From: Candidatus Sumerlaeaceae bacterium
Lineage (GTDB): Bacteria; Sumerlaeota; Sumerlaeia; Sumerlaeales; Sumerlaeaceae
Length of the DNA stretch: 64,000 nt
Assembly (NCBI GenBank): GCA_049968255.1
Contig: JBMFRB010000003.1
Span: 288,998 to 352,997 of the forward strand
Reading direction: 5' to 3'
Part shown: positions 10,212 to 19,441 of the stretch, piece by piece
Layout: every line of letters starts with the position of its first letter
Numbering within the stretch: the stretch's first letter is position 1
The notes under the pieces: model-generated
What the model was told of the DNA's origin: nothing
What the model saw: only the letters and a program-made list of their open reading frames with translations
Databases searched by the model: none
Translations under genes and position numbers: made by a program

Positions 10212-10832
10212 TTATTGGGCGGGCGAGACCGTTGCGTTGGGATCAAAGCGGTCAGGATTCGCCACGTCGAGAGTTCGCTGAAGCTGTTCTTCGTACTGAC
10301 GCCGTAGTTCTGAAGGAAGCACGTATTCGCGCTGCAGCGAAAACCAGATAATTCCGACACTTATTATCCACGCAGCCACAAGCGCGAGCGCCAGTCGGGT
10401 GGTGTCGCGTGCACCGCAACGCACACGCACAGCCGAGTAAAGAAAAAGCCCGAGCGGCATGAGGAACAGCGTGCCCACAAACCACTTCTTCGGTGTGCTG
10501 TAAGCATGCGACGCCACGTCCAGCCGCTTGGCATCAACAGCGACAAGAATCGCGACGGCGAGATGAGCCACGACAAGCAGCCCAACGAAATAAGGAATAC
10601 GCGGCGCAAGAGGGCTCAAACGCCAAATGCCCAGCCACAAGGCAACCGTGCTAAGTGTCATCACGGCATAAGCTGCAGTGATAAGCTTGTCGCCGGGCAG
10701 AGCCAGAGGCGTAGGAAGCGTTTTTGCCTCCTCTTGTGTATCCACAAGAATACTGCCGCAGAAAAGGCATTTACGCTGCCCCTCCGGAATTGTTGCCTGG
10801 CAAAGCGGACACTGTTGCACGCCCTCGTTCAT
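10212..10832 (-). CDS. Membrane protein with N-terminal zinc ribbon
   Basis: CPLC-x10-CLFCG followed by about 4 hydrophobic segments. Confidence 0.7.
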   Translation of the reverse strand: MNEGVQQCPLCQATIPEGQRKCLFCGSILVDTQEEAKTLPTPLALPGDKLITAAYAVMTLSTVALWLGIWRLSPLAPRIPYFVGLLVVAHLAVAILVAVDAKRLDVASHAYSTPKKWFVGTLFLMPLGLFLYSAVRVRCGARDTTRLALALVAAWIISVGIIWFSLQREYVLPSELRRQYEEQLQRTLDVANPDRFDPNATVSPAQ

Positions 10833-11032
10833 TGCTCATACCGTTTTTGCCGTGTTCACTGCATTCTGCGGCTGGCATCAGCAAAAGTGATAATCAACTG
10901 TCATTTCACGTCGCGGGGAGCCGAACTGACACCGCAAACGCTTGCTCTGTGCCAACCTTCGTGGAAAAACTCCCTTGCACGATTGCGCCGGACTCAATTG
11001 GCTCAGCATCCATACACCAGCAAAAATGATCG

Positions 11033-11800
11033 ATGAATATCGAAGAATACCATAAAATGCGCGCATTGGAAAGCACCTACTGGTGGTTTCAGGCGCGCCG
11101 TAAAATGATCTTGGCCATGTTGCGTGATGTGATCGCACGCCACTGGCCTGAGCCTCGCCGCTTGCGAATTGTGGACCTTGGCTGCGGCACGGGCTTGCTC
11201 ATGGAAGACCTTCAGTCGCTGGGTTGGGTGTGTGGCCTGGATTTTTCTCCTGTGGCTCTGAGCTATTGTCGGCAGCGTGGGCTCACAGAGCTGGTGCGCG
11301 CTAATGTGGAAAAACTTCCGCTGTCCGACGGCTGCGCCGATCTTGTCACAGCCCTCGATCTGGTCGAACACGTCCCCGACGACCACGCACTTGTGCACGA
11401 AATGTTTCGCATTCTCAGCGCAGGGGGAGTTGCGCTCATCACGGTTCCTGCGCACCCGAAGCTTTGGAGCATGCACGACGTCGCGCTCCATCACCAGCGC
11501 CGGTATGAAAAGAAGCAGTTTCAGCGATTGGTCGTGGAGGCTGGCTTCACGCTGCAAAAGTATTCCTACATGATGATGAGCATCTATCCAGCCGCTGCGA
11601 GCTTTCGCTGGGCAAAGCGCGCCCTCATGCGCGAGAGCACGGCTAGTCCGCACACCGACGAATTTCCATTGCCGCCGTGGTTCAACGCGATGTTGCGTAC
11701 CGCCGTAGGGGCCGAAGCAGTGCTGCTCCGTCGTTGGAACTTGCCGTTTGGACTCTCGCTCCTGGCCGTAGCTCAAAAGCCTGCCACCACGTCGCGATAG
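11033..11800 (+). CDS. Class I SAM-dependent methyltransferase
   Basis: YWWFQARR, VDLGCGTG, LDLVEHVPDD, HQRRY. Confidence 0.88.
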   Translation: MNIEEYHKMRALESTYWWFQARRKMILAMLRDVIARHWPEPRRLRIVDLGCGTGLLMEDLQSLGWVCGLDFSPVALSYCRQRGLTELVRANVEKLPLSDGCADLVTALDLVEHVPDDHALVHEMFRILSAGGVALITVPAHPKLWSMHDVALHHQRRYEKKQFQRLVVEAGFTLQKYSYMMMSIYPAAASFRWAKRALMRESTASPHTDEFPLPPWFNAMLRTAVGAEAVLLRRWNLPFGLSLLAVAQKPATTSR

Positions 11801-11835
11801 CAAAGCTTCGCGCGAGCGACGAGACGATTGATCCT

Positions 11836-12714
11836 TTAGTCCACCATCACGCCATCACGCGGGGCGCGGCGGCGAAATTCCTCGAGCAGTTGTCGGAACA
11901 CCGGGCCGGGACGTCCCTCGCCAATTGTGCGACCATCCACTTTGACAACAGGCACTAACTCAGCTGCCGTCCCCGTGAGAAAGATCTCATCGGCATCGTA
12001 CACTTCGTATAAGGTAAACGGCTCTTCTCGGATGTTCAGCCCTTGCTCGCGCGCAATCTCGATCACGGCGTCGCGTGTGATGCCGCGTAGTGCGCCAAGA
12101 TAAACTGGCGGCGTCGTGACGATGCCGCTGCGCACAACAAAAATGTTGTCCGCCGTGCACTCGACCACGAAGCCCCGGAGATCGAGAATGATCGCCTCAT
12201 GCGCTCCAGCATTGTTGGCCTCAATGCGTGCTAAGATGTTATTCAGATAATTTAGCGATTTCACACGCGGGTTGAGAGCACTCACCGGTTGGCGCTGGAC
12301 AGCCGCACTAATAACCTCAATTCCGTTCTCGTAGAGTTCTTGGGGAAAAAGGCGGATTTGATCCGCGATAATGAAGACGGTCGGGTGAGGGCAATTGTTC
12401 GGGTTCAGGCCGAGATCGCCTTCGCCGCGTGTAACGACCACGCGAATGTAGCCATTGCGCAGGCCATTGGCACGCACAGTCTCCACGACCGCCCGGCGCA
12501 TTTCATCACGAGAAAGTGGAATAGTCAGCTTCAGGTATTTCGCCGACGACCAGAGGCGCTCGAGATGTTGGTCCAGGCGATAAATACATCCGTCATAAAT
12601 ACGAATGCCTTCGAACACGCCGTCGCCGTAAAGCAAACCATGGTCGAAGACGCTGATCTTTGCGTCCTGCTTTTCCACCAATTGGCCGTCGATCCAGATT
12701 TTCATAGGGTTCAT
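11836..12714 (-). CDS. ilvE: Branched-chain amino acid aminotransferase
   Basis: DHGLLYGDGVFEGIR, KSLNYLNN, LRGITR, EIFLTGTAAE. Confidence 0.95.
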   Translation of the reverse strand: MNPMKIWIDGQLVEKQDAKISVFDHGLLYGDGVFEGIRIYDGCIYRLDQHLERLWSSAKYLKLTIPLSRDEMRRAVVETVRANGLRNGYIRVVVTRGEGDLGLNPNNCPHPTVFIIADQIRLFPQELYENGIEVISAAVQRQPVSALNPRVKSLNYLNNILARIEANNAGAHEAIILDLRGFVVECTADNIFVVRSGIVTTPPVYLGALRGITRDAVIEIAREQGLNIREEPFTLYEVYDADEIFLTGTAAELVPVVKVDGRTIGEGRPGPVFRQLLEEFRRRAPRDGVMVD

Positions 12715-12738
12715 CCTTGTTAGAACGTTCTAAACGCG

Positions 12739-13245
12739 CTACAGCGCTTCGGATTGAATGCTTCGATTTCGGTGACCTGCGGCTGGTCTCTGCGGAACGA
12801 ACAGCTCGCCCGAGTCGAGGACGATTGTGACCGGCCCCCAATTGCAAAGTCGCACCTCCATCATGGCCTGGAACACACCTGTGGCAACGTGCGGGCAAAG
12901 CTGCCGAAGTCTTTCGACAAATCGATCAAATAGCGCCGCAGCCACTTGGGGAGGCGCAGCGCCGACAAAGCTCGGACGACGTCCTTTGCGGCAATCCGCA
13001 AACAGCGTGAACTGACTCACGACAAGCAGCTCGCCGCCGACCTCCAGCAGCGAGCAGTTCATTTTGCCGGCGTCGTCCTCGAAGATACGCAAATTGACGA
13101 TCTTCTGCGCCATCGTTTCAAGCACTGCATCCGAGTCGTCGGACGCCATACCAGCCAGCACCAGAAGCCCTTTTCCAATGGCGCCAACAACTTTGCCGTC
13201 AACGCTCACGCTCGCTTCTTTCACGCGCTGCAAAACAGCTTTCAT
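12739..13245 (-). CDS. dtd: D-aminoacyl-tRNA deacylase
   Basis: [26 protein letters not shown]. Confidence 0.95.
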   Translation of the reverse strand: MKAVLQRVKEASVSVDGKVVGAIGKGLLVLAGMASDDSDAVLETMAQKIVNLRIFEDDAGKMNCSLLEVGGELLVVSQFTLFADCRKGRRPSFVGAAPPQVAAALFDRFVERLRQLCPHVATGVFQAMMEVRLCNWGPVTIVLDSGELFVPQRPAAGHRNRSIQSEAL

Positions 13246-13308
13246 CGCCTTCTCCTCGGCAAACCTTGAGTTCCCGTGGGCCTTGATACGCTAGCTTCAG
13301 TGGCTGGA

Positions 13309-15186
13309 TTACGGACCTGGTGCATAGCGTGCCACCACTCGCCCAACGAAAAACGGGCCAAGCGACTGAATATATTCTGACGTTTGCCGGCTCTTGCGCA
13401 TTTCCTGAACGAGGCGCGAAAGCCTGTGCAAGTTCGTTCCGACTAGCCCCACCACGAATTCGTTGTCGTTGCGGTCAAGTCCATAACAAGCTAATCTGAT
13501 ATCATGCGCATAGTCACATTCGCCGTAGACCCGCCCCATCATCGCGTGCTCCATGAGGATCCGTCTTTGCTCTTCTTTGCTCAGGCGTTCGAAATCTGGC
13601 TTACGCCTCAGCGGGTACCACACGGCCCAGTTCCACTCCGTATTCAACAAATAGCGGTACGGGCGCTCAAAAAGCGTGTCCATCAAGTCCGGCTCGCGTC
13701 CGCTCGAATAAGTCCGGCCATACATCGTGCGCTCGATGTCCAGTTCACATTCACACATCGGTGCCGTCTCTGATACCGCTCGCATGAAATCCATGAGAGC
13801 TTCCGGCGCCTCGTTCCACGCCGCGATAGCAAAGGCTCGTGGAAACACAGCGTCGAGATAGAGCACCCAGGGCTGCTTGGGATAGAGTTCGGCTCCCAGT
13901 TTCTCGAGCGCATGGCGGATCTCAGCGACATCGGCCATCCCTTCAAAGGCCAGAATATGCAAGTAGAGACGCCTATCCACGGCCTGAACGACGCCGCCCA
14001 CCGGGCTGCCGAGCTCGCGCACATCACGCGGATCATCGGGGCAATACAGGTCGCGGTTCGGCTCAATACCCCAGCGCTTTGCTGTTTCCCAGTGATAGTC
14101 CCGCATCGGCCATTGATCTGGCTGCGGCGGCCCAAGATATTGCGGCGAGGCGCCCTTGAGCGCCATGCAGCCAGTATTGTCGCCTAACTGCGCGATTTCA
14201 GACACCTCATCGGGCGCCAGGGGCTGGAGGTTCAGCACACCCGCCAATTCCTCTAGGAGCGCCTCGATTGGTTTTGCGTCCGGCATGGCTTCCTGAATCA
14301 ACGTTGGCACAACACTTTCCACCGCCGGCTGTTCCAAGGTCCAGCTGCACGCCAACTGCAGCAGCGTCATGCCGCGCCCATCGGCAATATCGCGCATGCG
14401 CTGGAGTTTCGGTTGCGCAGCTTCAATCCAACCGGCCGGGCGAAACGCACGGTGGTCCGAGCGCGCCAGCCGATCTCCAGGCCGCAGACCGTCCAGAAAC
14501 AATCCTCCGTGGTCCACGACACGGGCCAAGACCTTAATCTGATGCTCTAGAGCTGCGGGCAGCACGAGTCGGCTGGGCCACGGTTCCAAAGGATTGAGAA
14601 TCAGCATGGCCCAATCAATCAGCGAGTGGTAACGGTCGAAGGCGTAAAGAATGTCGAGTGTGAAACCATTGGCCGGGCCAGGGGCAATGCCAAGCAGGCG
14701 CGTCAGCCCGCTTTCCATGAGTTCGCCCATTCCCTCCCATACGTCTTCGCTAGTGTAGCCAATTGAGTCGGGATTGTGTAGGAGGAGGACGTCGAAGTTG
14801 TCCACGCCCAGCCGCTCAAGGGATTTCTCCGCCGCCATGCGCAAATAGGCTCCATACTCATCTGGGCCGCGCAGCGTCGGATCGGTGAAGCGCGGAAAGC
14901 CTTTTTCGCCCGCGCGCTTGCCAAAGTAAAAATCGTGCCCTATCGCGCCGATCAGAGCATATTCGTCGCGTGGCACGCCCTCGAGCGCTTTGCCGAGCAG
15001 GCGGTCCGCCTCGCCACAACCGTAAACGTCTGCGGTGACAAAAGTACGAACCCCGAGTTCGTACGCACGCTGGAAAAGCGCGATGAAGCGCTGCTGCCCG
15101 ATATCCTGACCAAAATGCATAAATCGGCCGCCGCTCCACGTTCCAAGCGCAAGCGGCATGGGATCACGTCCGAGCTGTTCTGTCAT
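13309..15186 (-). CDS. Aldo/keto reductase fused to a chlorite dismutase/coproheme decarboxylase (Cld/ChdC)-family domain
   Basis: N-terminus: ALGTW, TADVYG, SLERLGVD, LLHNPD. C-terminus: WYPLRR, LMEHAMMGR, YGLD, EMRK, GPFFVG. Confidence 0.82.
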   Translation of the reverse strand: MTEQLGRDPMPLALGTWSGGRFMHFGQDIGQQRFIALFQRAYELGVRTFVTADVYGCGEADRLLGKALEGVPRDEYALIGAIGHDFYFGKRAGEKGFPRFTDPTLRGPDEYGAYLRMAAEKSLERLGVDNFDVLLLHNPDSIGYTSEDVWEGMGELMESGLTRLLGIAPGPANGFTLDILYAFDRYHSLIDWAMLILNPLEPWPSRLVLPAALEHQIKVLARVVDHGGLFLDGLRPGDRLARSDHRAFRPAGWIEAAQPKLQRMRDIADGRGMTLLQLACSWTLEQPAVESVVPTLIQEAMPDAKPIEALLEELAGVLNLQPLAPDEVSEIAQLGDNTGCMALKGASPQYLGPPQPDQWPMRDYHWETAKRWGIEPNRDLYCPDDPRDVRELGSPVGGVVQAVDRRLYLHILAFEGMADVAEIRHALEKLGAELYPKQPWVLYLDAVFPRAFAIAAWNEAPEALMDFMRAVSETAPMCECELDIERTMYGRTYSSGREPDLMDTLFERPYRYLLNTEWNWAVWYPLRRKPDFERLSKEEQRRILMEHAMMGRVYGECDYAHDIRLACYGLDRNDNEFVVGLVGTNLHRLSRLVQEMRKSRQTSEYIQSLGPFFVGRVVARYAPGP

Positions 15187-15220
15187 GATGCAAAAATTAT
15201 GAATTGGTGCTAAAAAGCGG

Positions 15221-16252
15221 TCAATAACTCATCTTGTCCAGTTTCACTTTTCCGCGGAAAACCCAATAAATCACAGAGGTATAGCCGAGCACAAAAGGCA
15301 TGCCGATGGCGGCGATGATCGCCATGATGGCCAACGTCTTTTGCGACGAGGCTGCCGTGTAGGCCGTCAGACTGTATTTGGGATCAATCGAGCTAATAAT
15401 CAAATTCGGGAAAAGGGCGATGCCAAAAAGGAAAATCAAGCCTGCCATCGTGCAGCCAGAGCTGATTAGCGCGCGAACTGGATAACCAAGATACACAGCA
15501 CGCGGGATGTTGGCAATGGCGAGCACCGTGAGAATGACCATAGCCCAAACCCACGGGAAGTAGCGGAAATTGTATGTGGCGTTGGGCACTGTAGCCAGTG
15601 TCACGATCGTCGTCAGGATGTAAAAGAACAAAAATGTGCCGAACGCTCGCCAAATCCAGCCGCGAATGCGCTCCTGCAGTTCCCCTTCCGTTTTCATGTA
15701 CAGGTAAATTGCACCGTGCAGGGCAAACATCGAGACGTTGAACACGCCGACGAGAATGGGATACAGGGTCAATAAATCAAAAAAGGTCCCTTTATAATCT
15801 CCATCTGCTCCGATGGGAAGGCCTTGCATCATGTTTCCGACAGCCACACCAAAAAGGAAAGACGACAGAAAGCTGGAGAGGAAAAACGCGACGTCCCACA
15901 TTTGCCGCCACCACGGCCACGGTTGCTTGCTGCGAAATTCAAGCGCAACGGCCCGAAAGATGAGGGCGCATAGCAACAACATGAAGGCAAGATAGAACCC
16001 CGAGAAGGCTGTGGCATAGGCTTTCGGAAATGCCGCGAACAATGCCCCTCCCGCTGTCACAAGCCAAACCTCGTTGCCATCCCACACGGGACCAATCGAG
16101 TTCATCAAAATTCGTCGCTCGACATCCTTTTTGACAAAGAGGTGGAGCGTTCCCACCCCAAGATCAAAACCATCAAGGACGGCGTAGCCAGTGAGCAGCA
16201 CGCCAATAAGGAAATACCAAAGCAGGTTCAGGTCGAGCCATTCGGGTGTCAT
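15221..16252 (-). CDS. cydB: Cytochrome bd ubiquinol oxidase subunit II
   Basis: LDGFDLGVG, GPVWDGNEVWL, GGALFAAFP, YWVFRGK. Start ATG 16252. Confidence 0.95.
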   Translation of the reverse strand: MTPEWLDLNLLWYFLIGVLLTGYAVLDGFDLGVGTLHLFVKKDVERRILMNSIGPVWDGNEVWLVTAGGALFAAFPKAYATAFSGFYLAFMLLLCALIFRAVALEFRSKQPWPWWRQMWDVAFFLSSFLSSFLFGVAVGNMMQGLPIGADGDYKGTFFDLLTLYPILVGVFNVSMFALHGAIYLYMKTEGELQERIRGWIWRAFGTFLFFYILTTIVTLATVPNATYNFRYFPWVWAMVILTVLAIANIPRAVYLGYPVRALISSGCTMAGLIFLFGIALFPNLIISSIDPKYSLTAYTAASSQKTLAIMAIIAAIGMPFVLGYTSVIYWVFRGKVKLDKMSY

Positions 16253-16256
16253 GGTC

Positions 16257-17672
16257 TCATGCCTCCTCCAAAGATGCGGGTTTTTTGATCTCTGCCGCCA
16301 CGTCCAGCAACGAACTTTTCGCCGGACCCGTGTGTATCTCCGCCGTTTCGTCAGGCCCGTGTTGGATTTTGTCATTCATCACATAGAGCCACACCAACAG
16401 CAGCCACGCGTAAATGAAAGCAAAGAGGCCTATGGATATGGCGATCTCCGTTGCACTCACTGCCTTCGACACACTATCGCTCGTGCGCAGAAGACCGTAA
16501 ACCACCCAAGGTTGGCGGCCGACCTCAGCAGCTACCCAGCCAAGCTGATTCGCCGCGTAAGCCGCCAGAATAGCGAAGACGAAAATCCAAAGCAACCATC
16601 GCTGTTCGAACAGCTTTCCACGCCAACGTAAGAACGACGCAAGCAGTGTGATGCCGATAAAGAACATGCCAAGTGCCACCATCGCGTGATACGAATGAAA
16701 TGTGAGCGCAACGGGCGGCCGATCCTCCGGCTTGACCTTGTCAAGACCGTCCACGGGCTTGTTCCAGTCAAAATGCACGAGAAAGCTGAGCATTCCCGGA
16801 ATAGCTATGCCATATTTCACCCGCTCCTCCTGCGGATCGGGATGCCCAAAAAGATAAAGCGGAGCGCCGCCCTGGGGAGTCTTGAATAACCCTTCAAAGG
16901 CAGCTAGCTTTGCGGGCTGAGTGAACGCCACCTGCCGCGCACTCGCGTGACCCGACACAAGTTGCATCAGCGAGGCGATCGTGGCCACCACCAGCGCTAC
17001 GGTGAAAGAACGCTTAGCGCCATCCAGATGCTTGCCGTGGAGGATGTACCACGCACACACGCTCATCACAAAGAACGAACCGAGAATGAAAGCAGCAAGA
17101 ACAGTGTGCGTGAGGCGATTCATGCTCGATGGGTTGAACACAACCGCCCAGAAGTCCGTGATCTCCGCTCGTTGGCTGCCCATGTGTTCCACAATGTGAA
17201 AACCGGCGGGCGTCTGTTGCCAAGAATTGGCGACAATGATCCACACAGCCGAGAAAATCGAACCTAGGCAGACCATCAGCGTCGAAAAGAAGTGCATGCG
17301 CGGCGAAACGCGATCCCAACCGAACACGAGGACAGCTAAGAAGCCCGACTCGAGGAAAAACGCAAAAATGCCCTCCGCGGCGAGAGCCGAACCGAAAACG
17401 TCGCCCACGAAACGCGAGTAAGTTGCCCAGTTCGTCCCAAACTGAAACTCCATCACGATTCCCGACGCCACACCCATCGCGAAGGTCACCGCGAAAAGGC
17501 GCGTCCAAAAACGAGCCATGTTTTCGTAAACCTTGAGGCCCGTCTTGAGATACATGCCTTCGATGATCACCATAATGAGACCTAAGCCGATTGACAACGG
17601 CACAAAAAGGTAGTGGAAGGCCACTGTCAGTGCAAACTGGAGCCTGCTGAGCGTCACGGCGTCAAAGCTCAT
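16257..17672 (-). CDS. cydA: Cytochrome bd ubiquinol oxidase subunit I
   Basis: [55 protein letters not shown]. Confidence 0.96.
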   Translation of the reverse strand: MSFDAVTLSRLQFALTVAFHYLFVPLSIGLGLIMVIIEGMYLKTGLKVYENMARFWTRLFAVTFAMGVASGIVMEFQFGTNWATYSRFVGDVFGSALAAEGIFAFFLESGFLAVLVFGWDRVSPRMHFFSTLMVCLGSIFSAVWIIVANSWQQTPAGFHIVEHMGSQRAEITDFWAVVFNPSSMNRLTHTVLAAFILGSFFVMSVCAWYILHGKHLDGAKRSFTVALVVATIASLMQLVSGHASARQVAFTQPAKLAAFEGLFKTPQGGAPLYLFGHPDPQEERVKYGIAIPGMLSFLVHFDWNKPVDGLDKVKPEDRPPVALTFHSYHAMVALGMFFIGITLLASFLRWRGKLFEQRWLLWIFVFAILAAYAANQLGWVAAEVGRQPWVVYGLLRTSDSVSKAVSATEIAISIGLFAFIYAWLLLVWLYVMNDKIQHGPDETAEIHTGPAKSSLLDVAAEIKKPASLEEA

Positions 17673-17686
17673 AGCCATTCTCCTCA

Positions 17687-17704
17687 TTGTGAGTTATTTC
17701 ACGA
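17687..17704. promoter_or_regulatory. Rex-type (or CRP/FNR-family) operator upstream of cydA
   Basis: TTGTGAGTTATTTCACGA against the Rex consensus TTGTGAAnnnnTTCACAA: 2 mismatches, AT-rich centre, directly next to the cydA RBS. Confidence 0.7.
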
Positions 17705-18026
17705 ACTAGACAATAAGGCGTCCATTTCAAGTACAAAATCGGTACCGCAAACTTCTGCCCACCCACTTCCCAGTAGACATTATAGAGATAATTGTGGGCA
17801 AAAGCCCCTTCGAGACATCTGCCGTGGAGTCTCTCAAGAAAACAAATTCTGGAGCTGGCACGCCGCTCCTGCCGAGCGTTGTAACTTAGTCACATCGCCT
17901 ATCCAGCGGGCACAAAAAATCACCCACGAATCCTACCCAAATCGTGTGTCGACCACACAAAAAACAATCAGGCAGAAAGGTAGCCCAGCGAAAGCTGAAT
18001 AGGCCAGATGAGGACGAGTATGGTAC

Positions 18027-18035
18027 TGTTATAAT
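18027..18035 (+). promoter_or_regulatory. Extended -10 promoter element
   Basis: Perfect TG-T-TATAAT ending 22 nt before ATG 18058. Confidence 0.6.
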
Positions 18036-18057
18036 GCGCAAGCGAGCAACAGAACGC

Positions 18058-18465
18058 ATGCGGCTAAGACAATTCCTCTGCCTTTGCATGCTCTGGGCTC
18101 TGGTGCAGCTGGCGGCCGGATGGTATTCCACAGCTGGCCCGCAGGCCTCCTGTTCGACATTGCCGTGCGCCTTTGCCTGTTGTGCAACATGTGATGGTTG
18201 TTGCACCAGCGACGACCCAAAAGGTTGTGACATCTCCGAAACGCAAGACTGCCGCTGTAGCTGCTCGCTTCCCGTCAGCAGCGACCAGTCTGCTCTCCCA
18301 TTTCAGCGCAAGTATTCCTTCCAGACGCGGGTGGAAAGGGCACTAGTCGCCGTCCTTGACGATGTGGTGCCGATTGTGGCCCGCGGAGCAATGCGCGACG
18401 CCCACTTTGGCCACAACTGGAGTTCCCTCCCACGGTATCTTTTGAATAGGGTTCTACGGAATTGA
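18058..18465 (+). CDS. Cys-rich exported or membrane-anchored small protein (possible metal-sensing leader)
   Basis: Hydrophobic N-terminus, a cluster of 11 Cys including two CC pairs, C-terminus PRYLLNRVLRN. Start chosen downstream of the -10 box. Confidence 0.65.
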   Translation: MRLRQFLCLCMLWALVQLAAGWYSTAGPQASCSTLPCAFACCATCDGCCTSDDPKGCDISETQDCRCSCSLPVSSDQSALPFQRKYSFQTRVERALVAVLDDVVPIVARGAMRDAHFGHNWSSLPRYLLNRVLRN

Positions 18466-18606
18466 TCTCGTGGCAGCGTTGTGACCACCGCGCGTTGCGA
18501 GCACACGCTGCCTGTGATGAGGATGGGCCACCCCCTCTGGGTGCCCTGTGCGCTCGAGAGGTCCGCAATACGATTACGAACCCTCAGATTTCAAGGAGTA
18601 ACACCC

Positions 18607-18813
18607 ATGTTGAAGAACCTCGCGATGGCGTTGACTGCCATCACCCTCATGGCCGCACCAGTGGTCTCGTTTGCCCAGACTTGTGGCGGGTCGAAAGATT
18701 CCATGCCCAAGTGCGAGTGCAAAGATGGAAAATGCGGCTGCAAGGACGGCAACTGCAGTTGTGGGAAAGACTGCAAATGCGAAAAGTGCGGTCATTCCAG
18801 CGACAAGAAGTAA
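18607..18813 (+). CDS. Secreted metallothionein-like protein (68 aa)
   Basis: AAGGAG RBS, Sec signal ending SFA, mature 45 aa with 10 Cys in CxC repeats, Lys/Gly-rich. Confidence 0.8.
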   Translation: MLKNLAMALTAITLMAAPVVSFAQTCGGSKDSMPKCECKDGKCGCKDGNCSCGKDCKCEKCGHSSDKK

Positions 18814-18859
18814 CCTTAGCTGACGTGACTTGAACGTCACGCTTGCAGCATGACATCTT

Positions 18860-18915
18860 GGGAAGCTGCTCGGTAACGGCATACAGCCGAGACTTGCAGC
18901 TTCCCTTCTTTTTTT
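18860..18915 (+). terminator. Rho-independent terminator-like hairpin
   Basis: GGGAAGCTGC...GCAGCTTCCC stem with inner TCGG/CCGA, followed by a T-rich tract. Confidence 0.65.
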
Positions 18916-19441
18916 CTCACTTCTCGATGTGGTAGAGATCTGCGTGATCGCAAAGGTGTTTTTGGTTGAGAACGACCATCCCGCGAACATGAGTTTGCCC
19001 TTCGTCCGAGCCGCTCTACCCACATCCCTAATACCTCACCCTGCAGGGTTCAGCTCAGAGAACTACGGTGGTGACGTCAAAAACTTGCACAAAACGATTG
19101 GAAAACGCGAAGCGGACTCTCGTTCTCGTGCGATGCAGCGTCCGGCTGTTCCATCATCCATTGGGGGGCGAGTTGCGCTGTCAAGCCGCGCGATACTCAT
19201 AGACCGATGCGTCATTTTGTCATTAACATGTTCATGTGAGATCTTCCCAAATTGTTAGATGACGTCCTGACCATGACCGCATGGCAGGGATGAGCGTAGC
19301 CCTATAGACGTGCAGTGCGACATTCAGATTCTGAGGTCATCCGCAAAAGCAAAGTAGCACGCATCTTTGCGGTGAGCAGCGGTCACGCCAGGTTTCCATG
19401 CACCGAAAATGCAGGCTGTGCCAACGATAGCCGACACTTCG

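Noticed and set aside
17879-17895. TGTAA-n5-TCACA second CRP/Rex-like site
   Set aside because: Spacer is 5 nt rather than 6 and one half-site is imperfect.
18929-19440. ORFs in the gap after the metallothionein-like gene
   Set aside because: No RBS, motif or convincing composition; treated as intergenic.
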